From Oligoflexus sp. (GTDB taxonomy: Bacteria > Bdellovibrionota_B > Oligoflexia > Oligoflexales > Oligoflexaceae): DNA of 19,015 bases. Positions 7,318 to 16,090 of this stretch are shown here, one piece after another. The position numbers and the translations under genes are program-made. The DNA lies in the NCBI GenBank assembly GCA_041736305.1, contig JBGSTX010000144.1, positions 1 to 19,015 of the forward strand, read 5' to 3'. The stretch's first letter is position 1; each line of letters opens with the position of its first letter. Below the pieces are notes generated by a model. It was not told the origin of the DNA, did no database searches, and worked only from the letters and a program-made list of their open reading frames with translations.

Positions 7318-8186
7318 CCGAGCAGGTTTGGACGATAAAAGATGTAATTCAGTGGTCCGGCAACTTTCTCAAAACCAATGGTTCTGAATCGCCACGTCTC
7401 GATGCGGAATTGCTTCTTGCACATGTCTTGGATTGTCGCCGTCTCGACCTTTATCTCGATCATCATAAACCCCTTTTAGCGAATGAGAAAAAAGCTTACC
7501 GCGAGCTCATCAAACGCCGCGCTGCCGGTGAGCCTGTCGCCTATATTCTAGGAAGCAAGGATTTCTTTGGATTTAGTTTTCAGGTTAGTTCTGAGACTTT
7601 GATTCCGCGGCCCGATACCGAGCTTTTAGTGGAAAAAGTTCTCGAACACTGCTCTGGGGACTCGGCCTTGATGGGATTGGATATTGGAACAGGGACAGGT
7701 TGCATTGCCATAAGTATCAAAAAGCATCGACCACTAGCGGAAGTTTGGGCATGGGACAAGAGTTTAGGAGCTCTAGCAATTGCGCGCAGCAATGCAGCCA
7801 GGCATGGAATCGAAGTCCGTTTCGAGGAGGTGGACGCGTTAGATCCTTGCAGTTGGCAGGTAGCCGAAGATAAATTCGATTTCATCGTCAGCAACCCTCC
7901 CTACATTGCTCCCTCAGAGCGAGCTGAGCTCGCGGTTTCGGTCATTAAATACGAGCCGGAAATGGCCCTATTTGCTCCTGAAAATGGCCTGGCATTTTAC
8001 CAGATGATGGCGAGGCATGCTGCGAGCTTGTTGAAGCAAGGCGGCAAAATTTTCCTGGAAATCGGCTACCGGCAGGCCCATGATGTATGCTCTATACTAG
8101 ACGCACATGGCTGGAATGATATTTCTGCCTACTGCGATCTAGCTGGACATCAGCGAGTCATTGTTGCTAGCCGTTGTTCGCAATAA
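7314..8186 (+). CDS. prmC: Release factor glutamine methyltransferase PrmC/HemK
   Basis: RRAAGEPVAYILG, LIPRPDTE, DIGTGTGCIA, SNPPY, EIGYRQ. ATGA overlap with prfA. Confidence 0.96.
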   Translation: MTEQVWTIKDVIQWSGNFLKTNGSESPRLDAELLLAHVLDCRRLDLYLDHHKPLLANEKKAYRELIKRRAAGEPVAYILGSKDFFGFSFQVSSETLIPRPDTELLVEKVLEHCSGDSALMGLDIGTGTGCIAISIKKHRPLAEVWAWDKSLGALAIARSNAARHGIEVRFEEVDALDPCSWQVAEDKFDFIVSNPPYIAPSERAELAVSVIKYEPEMALFAPENGLAFYQMMARHAASLLKQGGKIFLEIGYRQAHDVCSILDAHGWNDISAYCDLAGHQRVIVASRCSQ

Positions 8187-8255
8187 GTCTCTCGATTCGA
8201 TGACAAATTTTCCCCGTAAGAAGTATAGCCGCAATACTCGAGAAAAGGGCGCCCC

Positions 8256-9398
8256 ATGCATGGTCCGTCTGTTGAAAGCCTCGAATGGTACCGTTTTAAG
8301 CGATTCGCTTGGGTTTGTCTGGTCGGTACCAGTCTTTTCACTTTGCTTGGTCTCCTTTATCTGCCCATGTTGGTTTCAATAGTCGCAGGTGGTATTGTCG
8401 CCTATATATTCGATCCTTTAGTCGACCACCTATGCGCTCGGCTGCCTATTCAGCGCAAATCTTTTGTAGGCATATTCATCGTTTTAATAGTTGCCCTCTG
8501 CGGATTCGCAGCAGTTTTGATCGTTCCCTTTATTTATGAAGAACTAAGCGGGATTTTCCGTAAGGTTCCCGAAGCTCTTAATTCGGTCGAGCAGATGATG
8601 ATTCCTCTCGTGAATTGGCTGAAGCAAACCCGTATTTTTCCTGAAGAAACCATCGAGGCTGGATTTAGGCGGCTGAACCTTTTGCAGTCTCTCAGCAGTG
8701 CTAGTGGGACCGTACAAAACATCGTTCTGCAGACGCCGGCCCTCTTCGAAGCCGCCTTTAATCTGCTCATGGTGCCCCCAGTCACATACCTCTTTCTTGC
8801 TGAAAAAGAGCACTTGGTTAAGCTCGCCCGCCGCTGGACACCGCGCGACACCCATCCCTTAATTTCTGCCTATGCCCACCGCATAGATGGGGTCCTACGT
8901 TCGGTCGTCAAAGGTCAATTCTTGATAGCCTTTGTTCTTAGCCTGCTCTATATGGCAGGATTTTCTCTGATTGATGTGCCTTCAGGGGTGGCGATCGGGG
9001 CTATCGCAGGATTCTGCCGCCTGGTTCCCTATCTTGATGTAGTCATTGGGATCTTACTCTGTTCGATCGTGGTTATGACTCAGGGAGCGGGATTTCCTGT
9101 GTTTCTCGCCGTTCTAGGAGTCGTCGCCGTTGTGCAATCGCTCGACGGAATGATTATTACTCCACGCATTATCGGCGATCGGGCTGGTATCCATCCCATC
9201 GTGGTCATCGCTTCGGTTTTTGCTTTCGGGAGCTGGTTTGGACTTTTAGGCGTTTTGCTGGCGGTGCCGATTGTTGCCGCTGCGGTCGTCGTGGGTCAGA
9301 CTTGTCTGCCTTATCTAAAAAGCTCGCCTTTCTATCGCTATGGTGATGCTGCTCCGGAACCTTCTTCGCGCCCGGAGCGACAATCAGCACAAAATTAA
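8256..9398 (+). CDS. AI-2E (PerM/UPF0118) family transporter
   Basis: Multi-TM protein with AYIFDPLV, VKGQF, LVPYL, and ITPRIIGDRAGIHP...GSWFGLLGVLLAVP. Exact start uncertain. Confidence 0.9.
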   Translation: MHGPSVESLEWYRFKRFAWVCLVGTSLFTLLGLLYLPMLVSIVAGGIVAYIFDPLVDHLCARLPIQRKSFVGIFIVLIVALCGFAAVLIVPFIYEELSGIFRKVPEALNSVEQMMIPLVNWLKQTRIFPEETIEAGFRRLNLLQSLSSASGTVQNIVLQTPALFEAAFNLLMVPPVTYLFLAEKEHLVKLARRWTPRDTHPLISAYAHRIDGVLRSVVKGQFLIAFVLSLLYMAGFSLIDVPSGVAIGAIAGFCRLVPYLDVVIGILLCSIVVMTQGAGFPVFLAVLGVVAVVQSLDGMIITPRIIGDRAGIHPIVVIASVFAFGSWFGLLGVLLAVPIVAAAVVVGQTCLPYLKSSPFYRYGDAAPEPSSRPERQSAQN

Positions 9399-10056
9399 GC
9401 TTTTCTCTGTTGCGTTCTAGCAACACGCTGAGTGGTTTCTCGCAATAACTTTCGTGAGGTCCGCTTATATCTTCGGCTAAAAGGCACATGCGAGTCTCAC
9501 CGTAAACGGCCGCGACGCTTTCGAGCAGAGCGCGTTGCCTATAAGGCGTTTCGAGGATAACGAGGGGAACCTCCGCATCGCCGGCTTTTTCAAGCGTGAG
9601 TCGTCGCTGGTTTTCTTCGCGCGGCAAGAACCCTAAAAAGATAAAGCCATTCTCCAAAAACGAGCAAGCAGCTAACGCAGCTGTGATTGAGCTTGGGCCT
9701 GGAATCACACTGACATTGGCTCCCATGCGGTAAGCCAGTTCTAAGAGGTCTCGACCTGGATCCGCAACAGTCGGCATACCTTGAGCGCTCATGAAGAGAA
9801 CAGTCCGAGCTTCGGATAGTGCCTTTTTGACTGCATCAAGAGTTGCTTCTTCACGATGTTCGCTCCATCGCAGATAATCGCGATGGATCCCAGCTGCTTT
9901 CAGAGCTTGACGAGCAGCGCGATCTTCTTCGAAAACCAAGAGATCTGCCTCTCGCAACTGGATAAGGCTGCGAGGGGGAATGTCGAGCGTTTCACCTAAG
10001 GTATTAGCTGCCATAATGAGCTTGCCGAAGGTGCTGGTAGATGGGTTGAGTTCCAA
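9205..10056 (-). CDS. rsmI: 16S rRNA C1402 2'-O-methyltransferase RsmI-like (tetrapyrrole methylase fold), divergent
   Basis: GKLIMAANTLG..LDIPPR, GMPTVADPG, VIPGPSSITAAL, FLGFLPR, ETPYR, ISGPHE, FVLIV. Start set to TTG at 10056 with GGGAG upstream; the track's 10260 start would overlap uppS. Confidence 0.75.
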   Translation of the reverse strand: MELNPSTSTFGKLIMAANTLGETLDIPPRSLIQLREADLLVFEEDRAARQALKAAGIHRDYLRWSEHREEATLDAVKKALSEARTVLFMSAQGMPTVADPGRDLLELAYRMGANVSVIPGPSSITAALAACSFLENGFIFLGFLPREENQRRLTLEKAGDAEVPLVILETPYRQRALLESVAAVYGETRMCLLAEDISGPHESYCEKPLSVLLERNREKLNFVLIVAPGAKKVPEQHHHSDRKASFLDKADKSDPRRPQRQQSAPPAKRLKVQTSSRKQKPKR

Positions 10057-10210
10057 GGTTCTCCCTTTCTGACTAGGCGAAGTATCTGGCCTTGGGAAAG
10101 TCGTAAAAGTGTGATAATTGAAGTCTTTCCCAGGGTGTCGATTAACATATTCCTGCATCAATGGAAAGTTGCTTGCCAGGACGATTAGAAATAGGGCTGC
10201 CGCGATAGAC

Positions 10211-10939
10211 ATGAAGCCGCTGAATGAACAGAGAGTGCCGCAACATGTAGCAATTATCATGGATGGTAACGGCCGCTGGGCTCAATGCCGTGGTGAGCCA
10301 CGTGTTCATGGCCATCGAAGTGGAGCTCAAAGAGTTCGCGAAGTTGTTGAGGCTGCTGGGCAGAAGGGCGTTAAAGTTCTGACTCTTTATGCCTTCAGCG
10401 AAGAGAACTGGCGACGGCCACCCGAAGAAGTTCATGCGCTATTTTCCCTCCTTGTCTCATATCTTCGAGAAGAAATTGAACATCTGCACGAGAACGGTGT
10501 GCGTTTGACCAGCATCGGAGCCATCGAGAAGCTGCCCGTAGATTGTCAGGAATGGCTGCGAGTCGTCGAGGAGCGCACTAAAGCGAATACTGGCCTGCAG
10601 CTCGTTCTTGCTCTCAGCTACAGCGGACGTTCGGATCTCGTACGTGCGGTCAGGTCAATCATGAAGGAAGTGAAGGATGGGCGTCTCGGTGAAGATGCGA
10701 TCAGTGAAGACACTATAGCCTATCATCTCAGCACCTATACTCTGCCCGAACCCGACCTTCTTATTCGCACAAGTGGCGAACAACGACTTTCAAATTTCCT
10801 GCTCTGGGAAATGGCCTACACTGAGTTCTACTTCACCAAAGTCCATTGGCCTGATTTCAGCAGGGACGATCTGGAAGCCGCGCTTCAAGCTTTTGCGGAG
10901 CGCGATCGCCGTTTTGGTGGTGTTGATATTCTTGGCTGA
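10211..10939 (+). CDS. uppS: Undecaprenyl diphosphate synthase (cis-prenyltransferase)
   Basis: HVAIIMDGNGRWA, LYAFSEENWRRP, ALSYSGR, PDLLIRTSGEQRLSNFLLW, RRFGG. Start set to ATG 10211. Confidence 0.96.
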   Translation: MKPLNEQRVPQHVAIIMDGNGRWAQCRGEPRVHGHRSGAQRVREVVEAAGQKGVKVLTLYAFSEENWRRPPEEVHALFSLLVSYLREEIEHLHENGVRLTSIGAIEKLPVDCQEWLRVVEERTKANTGLQLVLALSYSGRSDLVRAVRSIMKEVKDGRLGEDAISEDTIAYHLSTYTLPEPDLLIRTSGEQRLSNFLLWEMAYTEFYFTKVHWPDFSRDDLEAALQAFAERDRRFGGVDILG

Positions 10940-10979
10940 TCATGTTTTTAAGACAGCTTCTAGACGGGAGACGGATTCC

Positions 10980-11813
10980 ATGCTGAAAACACGCGTGATT
11001 ACCGCTATTGTGGGTTTGATGGTCCTCGTCTCGATCTTCGCTTTCGGCAATCCCCACTTCATGCGCTTATTTTTTACCTGTCTCGTCGGTATCAGCACCT
11101 ACGAAATCGCTTCGATGATCATGCCGCAAATGTATCAGCGTTTTGGAAAAAACCATCATGACTTGCCTCGCTGGTGGATTCCGCTGGTCACAGGTCTTGC
11201 TTGTGTCCTCTATGCAGGCAGCGCTTATACGAGTCGTTATGGCATTGGTGTGATGATGGTTGGGCTCCTCGGTGGCCTCCTCTTGGGAGTTTTTCTGGTT
11301 GAAGACATCGACCTTTCCTTTGCTCAAGCAGCAGGAATTCTTGTCTGTTTGGTCTACGGTTCCTTCCCTTGGCTGGCCATCTGGGAACTTAAACAGCTCA
11401 GCACGGACTATCGTTATGTTTTTTTCATGTGTGCAATAGTATGGAGTGGAGATACGGGAGCTTATTTCTCGGGACGAGCTTTTGGGCGTCATAAGTTAGC
11501 ACCGAAAATGTCTCCCAATAAGACCTGGGAGGGGGCGATCGGGGGTTTGTTGGCAAGCCTCGTTGGGGGTTCACTTGTTAAGCTGGCTTATGATACCGAA
11601 TTCGCTCATTGGGGACTCGTTGTAATTTGTAGTTTAGTGGGCGGTGCTTTCGGTCAGCTTGGGGACCTCACAGAGTCTACGTTTAAGCGTTTTTCTGGTG
11701 TCAAAGATTCAGGTCGCATATTTCCGGGCCATGGCGGCTTCTTGGATCGAGTCGACGGATTGCTCTTTGCCGCCCCAGTCATTTGGATTATACTGTATCA
11801 ATTTGGCGTTTAG
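10980..11813 (+). CDS. cdsA: Phosphatidate cytidylyltransferase
   Basis: MLKTRVITA, DTGAYFSG, SPNKTWEG, GDLTESTFKR..GVKDSG.IFPGHGGFLDRVD. ATG at 10980 with GGGAG/GGA upstream. Confidence 0.95.
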   Translation: MLKTRVITAIVGLMVLVSIFAFGNPHFMRLFFTCLVGISTYEIASMIMPQMYQRFGKNHHDLPRWWIPLVTGLACVLYAGSAYTSRYGIGVMMVGLLGGLLLGVFLVEDIDLSFAQAAGILVCLVYGSFPWLAIWELKQLSTDYRYVFFMCAIVWSGDTGAYFSGRAFGRHKLAPKMSPNKTWEGAIGGLLASLVGGSLVKLAYDTEFAHWGLVVICSLVGGAFGQLGDLTESTFKRFSGVKDSGRIFPGHGGFLDRVDGLLFAAPVIWIILYQFGV

Positions 11814-11861
11814 TGAGTGGATTCATCTAGAAACGCTCAACGAGACTGTCAGGAGACAGCT

Positions 11862-13553
11862 ATGGAATTTTTCTCTCATCCTCTTATCGCGGTCGTGATG
11901 CTCTTAGGCGTCTTGGTGATCGTGCATGAAACCGGCCATTTTTTGGTCGGAAAATTGTTCAAGATTCCTGTGGAGATTTATTCGATCGGTTTTGGTCCAA
12001 CGATTTTTGGTTTTAAGGGCCGCGAGACCCATTATCGCATAAGCGCTATACCTCTCGGTGGCTATGTGAAATTCTACGGCTCTTTACCTTCGGAGCCAGT
12101 GCCTGAAGCTCTGAAGGGTCGCGAGTATTTTCGAGCGCCGATTTACGCACGTTTCGCGACGATTGCTGCCGGACCTTTGGCTAATTTTCTCCTGGCTGTC
12201 ATCGTTTTCGCAGGCATGGTTATGTATGGAATTCAACAGCCGCCTGCGCTAATCGGTGAGATCGTTCCCGGGAGTCCTGCGGACCGGGCCGGAATTAAGT
12301 TCGGCGACAAGATTCAGGCGATAGATACCCATGAAGTTCGTTCTTGGAAAGACGTTCAACGCCTGATTGGCGATCGTCCACAACAAAATCTCCAGCTAGA
12401 TCTCTTGCGCGAGGGTCAAGCCCTAAGCCTGAGCTTGGCACCAGAAGCTGTGAAGGATGAAGATCTACCTGGAAAGCGGGGGCGGATAGGAATATCCCGT
12501 TTTATGGCGCCTTCCGTGCTGACGACCGTCAAGGATTCAGGCTTCCTCAGTGAAGCGGGTATAAAGACGGGAGATCGCTTGCTCAGTGCCGCGTGGAACG
12601 GCCAAGTTATCGAAATCAAGTTTTGGCGCCAGTACCTTAACTTTATGGAAAAGGTCAGCCAAAGCCCTATAAAAAACTTTGAACTGACAGTGGTGCCGTT
12701 TGAGCCTAGCGCGGACCCGAGCAAACCTTCGCCGAGTCCTACTCCTAGCCGCACCGTCTCGATAAATGTTCCTACCGACTGGACCTTCCAGCCTTCGACG
12801 CTTGCTGACGCTACCGGGGTCGCCTCCGCGCAGCTTACGGTTTATAAAGCCGAAGCACCTCTGCAGGGCGTTGAAAAAGGCGATATGATACTCAAGTTTG
12901 AGGGCCAGAAAGTGTCAGACGCTTTCGATCTGAGCCAGCTTCTGACGACATATAACAAACCCAACGCCAAGCTCACTGTCTTGCGCTCCCAGCGTGAATT
13001 AGAAGTAGCTGTTGAGCTCAAGGCTGTTGAAGTTCAGAAAGCGGAAGGAAAAGCGACGGTCTATACCTTGCCAATTCAGTTTTGGGGAGAACTCGAACAG
13101 CCGGATTGGATAGTAGAACGCTACAGCAATCCGTTCAAAGCACTTGCTTTTGGGTTTGATGAAACTCTCGATCTTACAGGCAGTATCGGTAAGGCTATCG
13201 GTGGGCTTTTTACTGGGGAAATGCCTCTGGCTACTCTGGGTGGGCCTATTGCAATCGCCAAGGTGGCGTCGGAATCTGTACGGATTGGATGGCAGGCTTT
13301 TTGTCATGCCTTAGCTCTCATTAGTATCAACTTGGCCCTGATAAATTTGGTACCTATCCCGGTGCTCGATGGTGGACAGCTCCTCCTACTAGGCGCGGAA
13401 GCTGCGGCCCGGCGCCCAGTTGCAGAGGCCACTATAGAAAACTTTCAAAAAGTCGGTTTCATCATGGTTCTCGCTCTGTTTGTGATCGCAACCTATAACG
13501 ATCTAGGCAGATTCTGGGCTTCGATGCTGCGCGGCGTAAGTTCAATGTTTTAG
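11862..13553 (+). CDS. rseP: RIP metalloprotease RseP (site-2 protease) with three PDZ-like domains
   Basis: HETGH zinc motif, SIGFGP, AIPLGGYVK, AGPLAN, GGPIAI, NLVPIPVLDGG. ATG at 11862 with AGGAG at 11851-11855. Confidence 0.95.
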   Translation: MEFFSHPLIAVVMLLGVLVIVHETGHFLVGKLFKIPVEIYSIGFGPTIFGFKGRETHYRISAIPLGGYVKFYGSLPSEPVPEALKGREYFRAPIYARFATIAAGPLANFLLAVIVFAGMVMYGIQQPPALIGEIVPGSPADRAGIKFGDKIQAIDTHEVRSWKDVQRLIGDRPQQNLQLDLLREGQALSLSLAPEAVKDEDLPGKRGRIGISRFMAPSVLTTVKDSGFLSEAGIKTGDRLLSAAWNGQVIEIKFWRQYLNFMEKVSQSPIKNFELTVVPFEPSADPSKPSPSPTPSRTVSINVPTDWTFQPSTLADATGVASAQLTVYKAEAPLQGVEKGDMILKFEGQKVSDAFDLSQLLTTYNKPNAKLTVLRSQRELEVAVELKAVEVQKAEGKATVYTLPIQFWGELEQPDWIVERYSNPFKALAFGFDETLDLTGSIGKAIGGLFTGEMPLATLGGPIAIAKVASESVRIGWQAFCHALALISINLALINLVPIPVLDGGQLLLLGAEAAARRPVAEATIENFQKVGFIMVLALFVIATYNDLGRFWASMLRGVSSMF

Positions 13554-14273
13554 GTGAAAAACGTGCGGTCTATACTTATTCTGGATAGCAGTTTGCAAGG
13601 TGCGCTTCTCGGAGTCGCGACAGCCAAAGAGAGTCCTGACGGATCCTTTGCCTGGGAGCTGCTTTGCCATCAGCATTTCGAAAAACCTCAGGATGCTGCG
13701 GCTTCCCTGCCGACCCTAGTGGTAGAAACCCTGCGTAGTGTTGGGCTCAAAGTCTCAGATCTCACTGCGCTGCTTGTTGGAGTCGGGCCAGGATCTTTCA
13801 CCGGTATCAAAATCGGACTGAGCTTTGCCTATGGTCTCAAGCGATCATCTCCGGCTTTGAAGCTTTGGGGTGCTTCAGCACTGCAGTCGCTGGCCAAAGT
13901 AGAGAGCGATAGACTCTGGATTCTACCTGCGACGCAGTCATCGGGGTATTTTGCTCAAAATACGGCCCTCGGAGTTGTACAAGAAACGGCTGATGCGAGC
14001 GGAACCTTCAAGCTTCAAGGAAGCCCTAGTGGCTGGCCCGCTGTTGTAAATGTCCTCGGTTCGTGGCCTAGGTTTTCTAAATTTTGTCTGGATCAAGGCA
14101 TAAACCTTCGAGAAGAGTCTATTGGATCTTTAAGCCAGTCTGTCTTAAGTGGTATGCTCGAGGACTTCATTGCAAATTCCGAGCGGCTGAGCGATGGTTT
14201 ACCTGAGCCATTGTATCTCCGTAAGTCGGCACCTGAAGAAAAGCTCGAGCAGGTTGTCTTCGGAGCACAGTGA
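13554..14273 (+). CDS. tsaB: tRNA threonylcarbamoyladenosine biosynthesis protein TsaB
   Basis: ILILDSS, VGVGPGSFTGIKIG and C-terminal EPLYLR. GTG start abuts the rseP stop. Confidence 0.85.
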   Translation: MKNVRSILILDSSLQGALLGVATAKESPDGSFAWELLCHQHFEKPQDAAASLPTLVVETLRSVGLKVSDLTALLVGVGPGSFTGIKIGLSFAYGLKRSSPALKLWGASALQSLAKVESDRLWILPATQSSGYFAQNTALGVVQETADASGTFKLQGSPSGWPAVVNVLGSWPRFSKFCLDQGINLREESIGSLSQSVLSGMLEDFIANSERLSDGLPEPLYLRKSAPEEKLEQVVFGAQ

Positions 14274-14312
14274 TTTAGAATTAGGTAACATTTTTCGCGG
14301 AGAAGGCTATCT

Positions 14313-15206
14313 ATGAGAGCGGTACGTGGGCTCCTGGTTTTCCGCAAGAACAAGGCTATCAGCAGTAGGAAATCCGAAATGAAGGGACATGCACCGCGGC
14401 GACGATTGGGAGGAGCGATTTATATCCTGCCTAACCTCATTACTACCGGAAATTTGTTCTTCGGATTTTTCTCGATCGTCAAAGGTCTCCAGGGACATTT
14501 CCTCTGGGCATCCGCCGCTATCCTTCTCGCGGCCGTTTTTGATGTACTTGACGGTAGGGTAGCTAGAATTACTAATAGCACGAGTAACTTCGGTGTTCAG
14601 TATGACTCGCTCTGCGATCTTGTGTCCTTTGGGTTAGCGCCCGCTCTCTTGATGTACCAAGCAGGGCTCAATGGGTTGGGTCGTCTGGGCTGGATTATCT
14701 GTTTCATGTTTCTAGCCTGCGGCGCTCTTCGCCTGGCGCGCTTTAACGTTCAAAGTTCTATAGGTAAGGCTTCGGGAGATTTCACTGGCTTGCCAATTCC
14801 GATGGCTGCAGGTGTTATCGCATGCTTTGTAGCCGTTTGGGTTGAATTCGAGGCGAAGCCCAACGACTATCTGGTGCTTTTCTGGATAGAGAATTTTCTG
14901 CAGAATAGCACAGTCCGAACCACCTTCATTGCGATTACCGGCGTGCTCTTGGCTATGGCAATGGTTACAAATGTCCCTTATCGATCCCATAAAACGCTGA
15001 AAATAACCCGCATAAAGCCCTTCCGCCTCTTGGTGATAGGGGTGGCACTGGTAGCTTTGATCGCGAGTCAACCCGAGATCTTTGGCTTTTTGATATTCTT
15101 TGGTTACGCCCTGAGCGGACCTCTTGAACTTATGTTTGGTTGGACCAAACTCGTCGATGATGATGATATCTTTGAGTCCGACTCAAATAACGCCATCGAT
15201 ACCTGA
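14313..15206 (+). CDS. pssA: CDP-diacylglycerol--serine O-phosphatidyltransferase (type II)
   Basis: LPNLITTGNLFFG, CDP-alcohol phosphotransferase motif DVLDGRVAR...FGVQYDSLCD, ALRLARFN, FTGLPIP. Alternative start at ATG 14379. Confidence 0.92.
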   Translation: MRAVRGLLVFRKNKAISSRKSEMKGHAPRRRLGGAIYILPNLITTGNLFFGFFSIVKGLQGHFLWASAAILLAAVFDVLDGRVARITNSTSNFGVQYDSLCDLVSFGLAPALLMYQAGLNGLGRLGWIICFMFLACGALRLARFNVQSSIGKASGDFTGLPIPMAAGVIACFVAVWVEFEAKPNDYLVLFWIENFLQNSTVRTTFIAITGVLLAMAMVTNVPYRSHKTLKITRIKPFRLLVIGVALVALIASQPEIFGFLIFFGYALSGPLELMFGWTKLVDDDDIFESDSNNAIDT

Positions 15207-15235
15207 TCGTTTGTAACGCTGATTGAGGGGACACT

Positions 15236-16090
15236 ATGGATAAGGTTTTCATTGCGCTCTCGCTCTCGATGTCTTCTTCTCTTGCCCTCAGCTACGGTGC
15301 CAACGATTTGCCTGGCCAAAAAGCGGTTTATGCGTTTGCCTCGGACGAAAATGGAACATCAGCTGAATTTGAACAGGGGCAAGGTCGGACCCTTCCTCGA
15401 CAAACTTCTGAAGCAGAATTTCCAGCAAAACGTCGACCTGGGGCCTTTCTTGGGTTTTCCTGGGCAGCAGTGTCCGATATTGGTGAGACTAACCAATATA
15501 AAGTGCTCTATGGAGATGAAAAGAAAGAGCTGGGATTTTTTGCCGGCTATTATCTCTGGACCTACCTCTTTGATTTTGGGCTCGCGGGTAAGTTCGGCTA
15601 TTACCGTGCAAGCGGCCATCCCGTAACTGGGATAGATCGTAACTCGCTACCTATTAAAGGTGATCTGCCAGCCTCAATTACCGCAGATCCCAGCCAGTCG
15701 ATGGAATTGAGTCTCTTGCCGATACAAGTGCTAGGAAACATCGCCCTCAGCCCCTTCGCCAGTCGTCGCGTCGTGCTGAGAGCTTGGTTCGGCCCCGAAT
15801 TTCTCTATGTTCAAGAGTCGATTAAGCCTGATCTTCCCTCGACCGTCAGTGGAGGCTCGGATTCGAGCTTTGTGAACAAGGGTTGGAACCAAGGTTTTGT
15901 ATATGGTGCCATGCTTTCCATCGGTATAACGGGCCTAGAGGCCCGCTCCGACTATGCCATGCGTTCGATTGGGATCGATCGTACTTACATTAGTCCCTTT
16001 CTCGAAGTCATTAAGACAAACGACGATAAAATGGGCAACTTTGATAGAAAAAATTATGGAATCGCTTTCAACTTCGAATCTCTCCGCTGA
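15236..16090 (+). CDS. Putative outer-membrane beta-barrel protein, function unknown
   Basis: ATG with GAGGGG. Signal-peptide-like N-terminus, several alternating aromatic/Gly strands (FGLAGKFGYY, WFGPEFLY, GFVYGAML), final strand YGIAFNF. Confidence 0.6.
   Translation: MDKVFIALSLSMSSSLALSYGANDLPGQKAVYAFASDENGTSAEFEQGQGRTLPRQTSEAEFPAKRRPGAFLGFSWAAVSDIGETNQYKVLYGDEKKELGFFAGYYLWTYLFDFGLAGKFGYYRASGHPVTGIDRNSLPIKGDLPASITADPSQSMELSLLPIQVLGNIALSPFASRRVVLRAWFGPEFLYVQESIKPDLPSTVSGGSDSSFVNKGWNQGFVYGAMLSIGITGLEARSDYAMRSIGIDRTYISPFLEVIKTNDDKMGNFDRKNYGIAFNFESLR

Noticed and set aside
10954..10963. CAGCTTCTAG recurring at 4023-4032 and nearly at 5797-5806
   Set aside because: A shared 10-mer among intergenic sequences of this total length is plausible by chance, and this copy has no inverted partner.
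10057..10979. Long N-terminal extensions in the ORF track for rsmI (10260), uppS (10118) and cdsA (10773), implying large gene overlaps
   Set aside because: Artefacts of longest-ORF calling; family homology begins at the downstream starts. The same applies to truA (15954) and rseP (11817).
14303..14360. Direct repeat AAGGCTATC near the two candidate pssA starts
   Set aside because: Only two copies of 9 nt; compatible with chance.
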